Source: Vulcanimicrobiota bacterium (GTDB taxonomy: Bacteria > Vulcanimicrobiota > Vulcanimicrobiia > Vulcanimicrobiales > Vulcanimicrobiaceae). Taken from it: 15,133 nt of DNA. The position numbers and the translations under genes are program-made. The notes beneath the pieces were generated by a model that had not been told where the DNA came from, searched no databases, and worked only from the letters and a program-made list of their open reading frames with translations. The stretch covers positions 1-15,133 of the forward strand of contig PKZK01000154.1 of assembly GCA_003133025.1 (NCBI GenBank), read 5' to 3'. Shown piece after piece: positions 1 to 7,331 of the stretch (position 1 is the first letter of the stretch; every line of letters begins with the position of its first letter).

Positions 1-1
1 C

Positions 2-1273
2 AACGGCACCGTACCAAACCCCGCAAACCCGCCGGGAAGCTTTCGGGGCGCGGTCACCGCGTTCAGCACGGTGACCACCATAACCGTCGCGCAGATGGAA
101 GCCGACGAGAGTTATCCGATCATCGCCGCGGTGGGCGGGCCGCCACTGTGCGACGTGACGCTGTACTCGATCGATTACAAGACCGCGGGCGTCAAGGGCG
201 AGCCGGCCAACGCGAGTGAAGGCTTCTTCGTGCCGGGCGCGGCATGCGGAACGGGGCCTTTCCCGCTGATCGGCTACGCGCACGGCACCAACACCGTCAA
301 GCAGCAGAAGATCAGCGACCCGACGACCTACAGTCCCGAACTCACCGCCCCCGATCAAGATCCGTTCGTCGTCGCGGCGATCTTCGCGTCGCAAGGCTAC
401 GCGGTGGCCGCGACCGATTACCTCGGCCTGGGCGACTCGACGTATCCGTTCCATCCCTATCTGCAGGTCAACTCGGAAGCGACGTCGGTGATCGACGCGC
501 TACGCGCCGCGCGCACGGTCGCCGCGAAATCCGGCGTGGCGCTGTCGGGGCAAGTCTTGCTCACCGGCCATTCGCAGGGCGGCCAGGTGACGATGGCGAC
601 GCAGCGCGCCATCGAGGCGACCGGCGGCTCCGAGTTCAACCTAATCGCCTCCGCGCCGTCGAGCGGTCCGTACGATCTCACCCAAACGTTCCTGGATTCG
701 CTGGCCAATCAATCTCAGGACGCGCCGATTTTGGCGACCTACATCCTGACCGGCTACAACAAGACTTACAACAACGTCTATTCGACGCCCACCGACGTCT
801 TTCTCGCGCCGTACGCGAACGGCATCGACACGCTCTTGCCCGTGGCGACCTTCGCCGACGAAATCCCGATTCTCGAAGGCGTGACCTTGCCGCTGCAGAC
901 GAACCAACTCCTCACGCCGTCGTTCTACTCGTCGTTCCAGAACGACCCGAGCAGCGGCGCCCGTCAGGACACCGCCAAGAACGACTTGCTGAACGATTGG
1001 GTCGCACGCGCGCCGCAGTTCATCTGCGGCGGCTCGCAAGACCCGGAAGTGGAGTTCAAGAACGCGCTTGCCGCGCAGACGTACTTCAACTCCGTGGGCT
1101 CGCGCGTGGTGCTCACCGACGTCAACCTCTACGTCGAGGCGACCGGCGTGCCGATGTCGGATTATCACGTCACGGTGGCGGATTTCTGCCTGACGTTGGC
1201 CCGCACCGAGTTCTTCGACAACCTGACCAAGGCCAAGGGCCACGCGCGCAAACTGCGCGGCCTCAAGCGCTGA
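2..1273 (+). CDS. Alpha/beta hydrolase of the secretory lipase (LIP)-like family, 5'-truncated by the window edge
   Basis: The frame is open from base 2 (NGTVPNPANPPGSFRG...) to TGA at 1271-1273, so the true start lies upstream of the window. Motifs: YAHGT oxyanion region, ATDYLGLG, HPYL, nucleophile elbow GHSQGG, SGPYDL, and candidate catalytic Asp (QDPEV) and His (DYHV). Confidence 0.85.
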   Translation, partial: NGTVPNPANPPGSFRGAVTAFSTVTTITVAQMEADESYPIIAAVGGPPLCDVTLYSIDYKTAGVKGEPANASEGFFVPGAACGTGPFPLIGYAHGTNTVKQQKISDPTTYSPELTAPDQDPFVVAAIFASQGYAVAATDYLGLGDSTYPFHPYLQVNSEATSVIDALRAARTVAAKSGVALSGQVLLTGHSQGGQVTMATQRAIEATGGSEFNLIASAPSSGPYDLTQTFLDSLANQSQDAPILATYILTGYNKTYNNVYSTPTDVFLAPYANGIDTLLPVATFADEIPILEGVTLPLQTNQLLTPSFYSSFQNDPSSGARQDTAKNDLLNDWVARAPQFICGGSQDPEVEFKNALAAQTYFNSVGSRVVLTDVNLYVEATGVPMSDYHVTVADFCLTLARTEFFDNLTKAKGHARKLRGLKR

Positions 1274-1279
1274 GGGCTG

Positions 1280-4252
1280 CTAGGGTTCGTCCTCGACGCG
1301 CAGATCGATGCGCGTCTGTCCGCCGGCGGTGAGCCCGCTCAGTAATCCGGTCACGGTCGCGCGCGTGGCCGCCGAGGGCGGCGCATCGACGCCGTCGACG
1401 ATGTCGAGCATGCGCGCGAGCGAGCCGTTCAGTCGCGCGTAACGCGCCGCCGCCGCTGCGTCCTTGCGCTGTTGCGCCGCTTGGTACTGCGCGTACGAGC
1501 GGTTCATGCCGTCGGCGATGCGCAGCGCCAGCAGATACTGGTCGCGCGCCTGTGCCGCCGTTTCCGTGACTCGCGGGTCGGAGACGATCGTGAAGCTCTG
1601 CGAGAGCGTCTTGCCGTCGACGCTCAGGCGCACGATGTAACGCCCCGGCGGTACGAAGACGCCCTCGGGCGCGCGCGGCGTGTCGTGCACGATCGCCGAA
1701 ATGGGGTAGCCGTGTTCCAGCGCGAGCGGCGCGGCCTCATGGAGATCCCAGACGAAGCGGTGGTGGCCCGCGCCCGTCGCGGGCAAGCGCGTCGGCCTGA
1801 CCCAGTACGTCGGCACGTCGATCTCCGGATCGATCGGCTCCGGCGTATCGTTGCTCGACATGCGGCGCACGAGTTCGCCCGCCGCCGAATAGACGGCGAT
1901 CGTGACCGGCCCCTTGGCATCCGCGCCGAGCGTGTAGTCGAAGATAGCGCCGTCCGGTGGATTCTGACCCACGGGTTCGTCGGGAGGCAGCGGCGTGTCG
2001 GTGTACGTGTCGCGACGCACGCGATAGGTCACCGCGGGAGCGAATAGGTGCGCCGGCTCTGCCGCGAGCGCATTCGTCACCTCGCGCAGCGGCTCAATGT
2101 CGTCGAGGATCCAGAACGAGCGGCCGTGCGTGCCCACCACGACGTCGTCGCCGTGCACGACGAGATCGCGAATCGAGGTCGAGGGCAGGTTTGCTTGCAG
2201 CGACTGCCAATGCGCCCCGTCGTCGAGCGACGCGTAGACGGTCTTCTCGGTCCCGGCGAAGAGCAGGCCGCGACGCTTGGGATCTTCGCGCACCGTGTTG
2301 ACCGGCTCGTTGTTTGGAATGCCGGTGGTGACGGCTTGCCACGACGCGCCGCCGTCGTGCGTGCGGTAGATGTACGGATGCAGGTCGTCCAAGCGTTGGC
2401 GGCTGACCGAAACGTAGGCCGTGGCGCGGTCGAAGTGCGACGCATCGATCTGGGTGACGCGCGACCACGGGCCGAGCGCCGGCGGGGTGATGTTGCGCCA
2501 ATGCGCCCCGTCGTCGTGCGTGATCCAGACGAGGCCGTCGTCGGTACCGGCCCAGATCAGATTCTTGTCGACGTACGACGGCGACAAACTGTAGATGACG
2601 CCGCGATGCTTGCCGTTGAGCGGATCGCCGCTCGCAAACTTCGCGAGCGTCGCGGGTTCGCCGGGCGACTGACGCGTGAGGTCGGGGCTGATCTCGCGCC
2701 AGGTGCGGCCGCCGTCGCGCGTGGCGAAGACCACGTTGAGGCCGAGGTAGAGTTCGTGTTTGTCGACGCGATTCCAGACCAGCGGGTTGGTGCGGTCGAA
2801 GCGGTATTTCTTGCGATCGTACGTCGGCGAGACGTCCTGCGTTTGGCCCGTGCGCTCGTCGTATACCGTCGCCTTGCCGCCGTAGATCAACCACGGATGC
2901 AACGGGTCGGGCGCGACGTAGCCGTATTCCTCGACGCCGACCGGATGGAATTCGCGAAAGCTGATCGCGCCGTCGTTGCCGCGGCTGAGCACCTCGGCGC
3001 TGCCGCTCTCCTGTTGGCCGCCGAAGACGCGATAGGGGAAACGGTCGTCGGCGATCACGTGGTAGAACTGCGCCGTCGGCTGGTTGTACCAGGAACTCCA
3101 CGTTTCGCCGCCGTTGACCGAGAGCGTGGCGCCTTGGTCGACGCCGAGGATGATGACGCGTGGATCGTTCGGATCGATCCAGATCGTGTGGTAGTCGTCG
3201 CCGCCGGGCGCACCCTTGATGCCGGTCCAGGTCTTTCCGGCGTCGGTCGAACGATACGTCGTGGTGTTGGCGGCGTAAACTTCATCGACGGTCTTCGGAT
3301 CCGCCGTGATGCCCGCGAAATCTTCGGTACGGCCGCAGACGCGCTCTTCGTCGTTGGTTTGCGTCCACGACGCACCGGCGTCGCTCGAGCGGAAGATCGC
3401 ACACCCGTCCGGCTTTTCGACGACGGTATAGATGCGCTTCGAATCGGCGGGCGAGATCGCGATGCCGATGCGGCCGACTTTTGCGGGCAAACCGTTGGTC
3501 AGTTTCGTCCAGGTCGTGCCGCCGTCGGTCGATTTGTACAGACCACCCGCGTCGTAGAGTTCGTAGACTTGGACGAGATTCCAGGGACCGTTGCGTGAGG
3601 CCCACGTCGCAGCGTACAGCGTGTCGGGATGGTTTGGATCGATCTTCACCTCAACCGCGCCGACGTCTTCACCGCTGCCCAAGACTTTGCCGAACGTGAG
3701 GCCGCCGTCGGTCGAGCGATAGAGTCCGCGTTCTTCGTTGGGTCCGAACGGATGGCCGACGACCGCCACGTAGAGCCGGTTGGGATCGCGCGGGTCGACC
3801 GCGATCGATTGAATCTGCTGACCGTCGCGCAAGCCCAGGTGCGTCCAGGTCGCGCCGGCATCGCTCGATTTATAGATGCCGTCACCGGTGGAGAGATCGG
3901 GCCGGCGCAGGCCTTCGCCGCTGCCGACGTACACGATGTTCGGATCGGAGGGCGCGACCGAAAGCGCACCGATCGAGCCCGTGTCTTGTCCGTCGAACAC
4001 GGGCTGCCAGGTGCGCGCGTAGTCGTTCGACTTCCAGACGCCGCCGTTGTTGGGCGCCATGTAGAACGTGCCCGGCCGCTGCGGCACGCCGCTGACGGCC
4101 ACCGTGCGCCCTCCGCGGAACGGCCCGATGACGCGCCAGCGCAGATCGCCGAAAAGCTGCGGCGAGGCTGTTTGCGCGGATATGGCGCCCGGCGCCGAAA
4201 GCGGAGCGAGTGCGAGCAGACCCGCGAGAATGACGAAGCGGCGCAGCGGCAA
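1280..4252 (-). CDS. Secreted BNR/Asp-box repeat beta-propeller protein (VPS10/sortilin-like, often annotated glycosyl hydrolase)
   Basis: 990 aa with a TTG start 5 nt downstream of a perfect AGGAGG. N-terminal signal peptide (MPLRRFVILAGLLALAPLSAPG...), then the family-typical LRWRVIGPFRGGR and about 11 Asp-box repeats (e.g. SSDAGATW, STDGGTTW, TRDGGRTW, THDGGASW). C-terminal PPGRYIVRL. Confidence 0.88.
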   Translation of the reverse strand: MPLRRFVILAGLLALAPLSAPGAISAQTASPQLFGDLRWRVIGPFRGGRTVAVSGVPQRPGTFYMAPNNGGVWKSNDYARTWQPVFDGQDTGSIGALSVAPSDPNIVYVGSGEGLRRPDLSTGDGIYKSSDAGATWTHLGLRDGQQIQSIAVDPRDPNRLYVAVVGHPFGPNEERGLYRSTDGGLTFGKVLGSGEDVGAVEVKIDPNHPDTLYAATWASRNGPWNLVQVYELYDAGGLYKSTDGGTTWTKLTNGLPAKVGRIGIAISPADSKRIYTVVEKPDGCAIFRSSDAGASWTQTNDEERVCGRTEDFAGITADPKTVDEVYAANTTTYRSTDAGKTWTGIKGAPGGDDYHTIWIDPNDPRVIILGVDQGATLSVNGGETWSSWYNQPTAQFYHVIADDRFPYRVFGGQQESGSAEVLSRGNDGAISFREFHPVGVEEYGYVAPDPLHPWLIYGGKATVYDERTGQTQDVSPTYDRKKYRFDRTNPLVWNRVDKHELYLGLNVVFATRDGGRTWREISPDLTRQSPGEPATLAKFASGDPLNGKHRGVIYSLSPSYVDKNLIWAGTDDGLVWITHDDGAHWRNITPPALGPWSRVTQIDASHFDRATAYVSVSRQRLDDLHPYIYRTHDGGASWQAVTTGIPNNEPVNTVREDPKRRGLLFAGTEKTVYASLDDGAHWQSLQANLPSTSIRDLVVHGDDVVVGTHGRSFWILDDIEPLREVTNALAAEPAHLFAPAVTYRVRRDTYTDTPLPPDEPVGQNPPDGAIFDYTLGADAKGPVTIAVYSAAGELVRRMSSNDTPEPIDPEIDVPTYWVRPTRLPATGAGHHRFVWDLHEAAPLALEHGYPISAIVHDTPRAPEGVFVPPGRYIVRLSVDGKTLSQSFTIVSDPRVTETAAQARDQYLLALRIADGMNRSYAQYQAAQQRKDAAAAARYARLNGSLARMLDIVDGVDAPPSAATRATVTGLLSGLTAGGQTRIDLRVEDEP

Positions 4253-4257
4253 GAGAT

Positions 4258-4263
4258 CCTCCT
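4258..4263 (-). promoter_or_regulatory. Shine-Dalgarno site (AGGAGG) for the BNR/VPS10 gene
   Basis: The plus strand reads CCTCCT at 4258-4263, with a 5-nt spacer to the TTG at 4252. Confidence 0.8.
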
Positions 4264-4378
4264 GCCGCTGCGCTCCTCCAGACTCGCCGGCTTTACCTTG
4301 CGGAGAGCGGTGGCGAGCTTTGGGAGGGCTTACACCGTGCGCAAGGCGGCAAAGCGTTGGGTGGTGCGGCGTCCGGCC

Positions 4379-5125
4379 TCAGGCGTCCGGGATCATCTCA
4401 CGCTCGTCGTCGCTCGTCGGGACGATCTTCCAACTCACCGAGAGAACTCCGGGCTCGACGCCGATCTGCGTGACGATCCGTTCGAGCCGCGCGTCGGGTT
4501 GCCCGGCGACCGTCACGTCGGCGGTCACCTCGGTGCGGTCGGTTCCCTCTACGTCGTCGCTGTAGACGGCGATCAGCGACATCGACGCCCGCCGCACGGC
4601 CGCGATCAGGTTGGCCCTTATGCGCGCCTCGACGTCTTGGCGGCAGACGGCGCGGAGTTCGTAACTCGACACGACCTCGGTGCCGTCCATCGGCTGCCGG
4701 TTGATGCGTTGCACCACCGGGCGCAGCAACACGTTGGCCACGAGAATCGCGACCGCGCCGATCGTGGCTTCGATCAAGTAGCCATAGCCGGTCAACGCGC
4801 CGATGGCGGCCGTGCACCAGAGCGTCGCCGCCGTGTTGAGCCCGCTGACGCTCAAGCGCTCTTTGAAAATCACGCCGCCGGCGAGAAAGCCGATGCCCGA
4901 GACCACGTAGGCCGCGATCTGCGTCGCGTTGACGCTCTGGCCGCCGATGAGCGGCGTGATCAGCACGAAGAGGCTCGCACCCGTGGCCACCAGCGCATTG
5001 GTGCGCAGGCCGGCCAAACGCTGTCGCCACTGCCGTTCGAGTCCGACCACCGAGCCGAGCAGCAACGCGACGAAGACGCGCAGCGCGAATTCGAGATGCG
5101 AGATCGTCGCGGTGCCCGACGACAT
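4379..5125 (-). CDS. mgtC: MgtC/SapB family membrane protein with C-terminal ACT-like domain
   Basis: Hallmark motifs GLERQWRQRLAGLRTNALV, QIAAYVVSGIGFLAGGVI and GLNTAATLWCTAAIGAL, several TM helices, and a soluble C-terminal domain ending GVLSVSW. Confidence 0.92.
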   Translation of the reverse strand: MSSGTATISHLEFALRVFVALLLGSVVGLERQWRQRLAGLRTNALVATGASLFVLITPLIGGQSVNATQIAAYVVSGIGFLAGGVIFKERLSVSGLNTAATLWCTAAIGALTGYGYLIEATIGAVAILVANVLLRPVVQRINRQPMDGTEVVSSYELRAVCRQDVEARIRANLIAAVRRASMSLIAVYSDDVEGTDRTEVTADVTVAGQPDARLERIVTQIGVEPGVLSVSWKIVPTSDDEREMIPDA

Positions 5126-5130
5126 GGCGG

Positions 5131-7245
5131 TTACGTTCCGGCGGGCGTGAAGTTGAGGCTCTTGGCCAGGAAGGCGTAGAAATCGGCCGTGATCGCAATC
5201 GCCTTGTCAGTGGTCAAGCCGCTGAAGTGGCCTTCGTTGGTCTCCACGCGCAAGAGGATCGGCGCGTCGCCGGCCTGCGCGTGTTGCAGCTCGGCGACGA
5301 ACTTGAACGAGTGCGCGGGGTAGACGCGATCGTCGTGGTCGGCCGTGGTGATGAGCGTCGGCGGATAGTGCGTGCCGGGCTTGACGTTGTTGAGCGGCGA
5401 GTAGGCCAGCAGCGTGTGGAACTCGTCGGACGACGCTTCGGCCGAACCGTATTCTGGAATCCAGGCTTTGCCCACGGTGAACTTTGGATAGCGCAGCATG
5501 TCGAGCACGCCTTGTTCGGCAATCGCCGCGCCGAAGAGGTCCGGCCGCTGGGTCAGACAGGCGCCCACCAGCAGGCCGCCGTTGGAGCCGCCGTCGATGG
5601 CCAGCTTCGGCGTCGAGGTGATTTTGCGCTCGATCAGCATCTGCGCGGAGGCAATGAAGTCGTCGAAGACGTGCTGCTTGTTGGCGAGTTTGCCGCCGTC
5701 GTGCCAGGCGTCGCCGAATTCGCCGCCGCCGCGCAGCGTCGCGACCGCATAGGCGCCGCCCAACTGCAGCCAGAGCGCCGTCTCCTTGGCGAAGAAGGGC
5801 GTGGTCGAGATGTTGAATCCGCCATACCCGTAGAGAATGGTCGGCGTCGAACCGTCGAGCGGCATGTCCTTGCGGTGCGTGACGAACACCGGCACCTTGG
5901 TGCCGTCCTTCGAGGTCGCCCAGATCTGTTCGGTCGTGTACGGCGCGGGATCGAAGGCGATCTTGGAGCGCTCGGCGACCGTGCTCGTGTCGGTCGCCGT
6001 GTCGAAGCGAAAGATGATCGGCGGCACGGCGAACGATTCGAACGAGTAGTAGGCGATCGTGTCTTCGCGTTGCGCCGAGGGCAGCGATGCGCTGCCGATT
6101 CCCGGCAACTCGATCGAGCCGAGCGCGTGACCCTGAAGGTCGGCGATCTTGATCAGCGAGTGCGCGTCGTGTAAGTAGCCGAGGTAGAGCTTGTTGCCGA
6201 TCAGCGAAACGCCGTCGAGCTTATCGTCGGTCTCGCGCACGATGTCGTGGAGCAGGTGCGAGCGGTCGGTCAGCTCCACCCAAGCGACGCGCAGGTGCGG
6301 CGCGCGGAAGTTGGTCACGACGTAGAGCCGCGTGCCGTCGTTGCCCAACACGCCGTACTGCGTATTGGGTGCGAGCGCGAAGACGGTACGAAAGGCCGTA
6401 TCGGGCTCGCTCGCGCGCTTCCACGCCAGGCCGTTGCCGTTGATGTTTTGCTTTTCGAGAAAGACCAGGCGCTGGTCGTGGCTGACCTCGGCGCCGATGA
6501 ATTCGTCCGAGGGCGCCGTGTAGACCAGGCGGTCCGCCGACTGCGGCGTGCCGAGCTTGTGGAAGAAGAGCTTTTGCCGGTCGAGCGCGGCCAGGGTGCG
6601 GTTCGCGGCCGATGGCTTATCGTATGCAGAGTAGTAGAAGCCGCGGTCGTTTACCCAGGAAGCGCCGGAAAACTTCGACCAGCGCAGCACGTCGGGCAAG
6701 TCGCGCCCGCCCGGCACCGTTTTGACGTGCCAGGTCTGCCAATCCGCGCCGCCCTCCTGCGTCGAGTAGGCCATCAACGTGCCGTCGCGCGTGAACGAGG
6801 TGCCCGCCATCTGGATCGAGCCGTCCTTCGACAGGGTGTTGGGATCGAAGAAGAGCCTGGCCGGGCCCGTCTCGGAATCGCGGATGTACAGCGGCGACTG
6901 CGTTTGCAAGCCGCTGTTCCGGTAGAAGAACCAGTGCTTGCCGACCCTGAACGGCGCCGAGACCTTTTCGTAGTCGTAGAGCTTCCGGTACGCGGCGGCG
7001 ATGGGCGCGCGCGCCGGAATCGCATCTAAGTACGTGCGGGTCAGGAGATTTTCGGCGGTGATCCAGTTGACCGTTTGCGTGGAGTCGACGTCCTCGAGCC
7101 AGCGATACGGGTCGGCGACGACCGTTCCGAAGTACGTGTCGGTCGTGGTGCCCCGCGGCGCGGCCGGATAGACCAAGGCCGTGTCGGCGGCCAGCGCGGG
7201 CGTGGCTGCGAAGAGGACGGCGAGTGAAAGAACGGCGAGACGCAT
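5131..7245 (-). CDS. Secreted prolyl oligopeptidase (peptidase S9A)
   Basis: Start placed at the ATG at 7245 (MRLAVLSLAVLFAATPALA|AD signal peptide) rather than 7464, giving 704 aa. Motifs: VADPYRWLE, YGYGGF, LRGGGEFG, catalytic GGSNGG (Ser), DHDDRV (Asp) and EGH (His). Confidence 0.95.
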   Translation of the reverse strand: MRLAVLSLAVLFAATPALAADTALVYPAAPRGTTTDTYFGTVVADPYRWLEDVDSTQTVNWITAENLLTRTYLDAIPARAPIAAAYRKLYDYEKVSAPFRVGKHWFFYRNSGLQTQSPLYIRDSETGPARLFFDPNTLSKDGSIQMAGTSFTRDGTLMAYSTQEGGADWQTWHVKTVPGGRDLPDVLRWSKFSGASWVNDRGFYYSAYDKPSAANRTLAALDRQKLFFHKLGTPQSADRLVYTAPSDEFIGAEVSHDQRLVFLEKQNINGNGLAWKRASEPDTAFRTVFALAPNTQYGVLGNDGTRLYVVTNFRAPHLRVAWVELTDRSHLLHDIVRETDDKLDGVSLIGNKLYLGYLHDAHSLIKIADLQGHALGSIELPGIGSASLPSAQREDTIAYYSFESFAVPPIIFRFDTATDTSTVAERSKIAFDPAPYTTEQIWATSKDGTKVPVFVTHRKDMPLDGSTPTILYGYGGFNISTTPFFAKETALWLQLGGAYAVATLRGGGEFGDAWHDGGKLANKQHVFDDFIASAQMLIERKITSTPKLAIDGGSNGGLLVGACLTQRPDLFGAAIAEQGVLDMLRYPKFTVGKAWIPEYGSAEASSDEFHTLLAYSPLNNVKPGTHYPPTLITTADHDDRVYPAHSFKFVAELQHAQAGDAPILLRVETNEGHFSGLTTDKAIAITADFYAFLAKSLNFTPAGT

Positions 7246-7294
7246 GGGCTGACGCTTTTGGGTTAACCCGAGCGCACCCTTGAAGGCCGCACGG

Positions 7295-7323
7295 TTGCGG
7301 CGTGCCCCGCGGGCGGTTACCAT
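7295..7323 (+). promoter_or_regulatory. Putative sigma70-type promoter for the STAND/BTAD regulator
   Basis: TTGCGG (7295-7300), 17-nt spacer, TACCAT (7318-7323). The GTG start follows 8 nt after the -10 box. Confidence 0.5.
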
Positions 7324-7331
7324 GATGGGGC

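Noticed and set aside
1280..4252. Recurring short nucleotide repeats (e.g. GCCGCCGTCG, CCAATGCGCCCCGTCGTCG twice)
   Set aside because: They are explained by the encoded Asp-box repeats and are irregularly spaced, so they are not a CRISPR or REP array.
4256..4282. Minus-strand GAGGAGCGCAGCGG similar to the SAH riboswitch core
   Set aside because: There is no downstream CCAGGCUC-type pairing segment or pseudoknot partner, and the downstream gene is unrelated to SAH metabolism.
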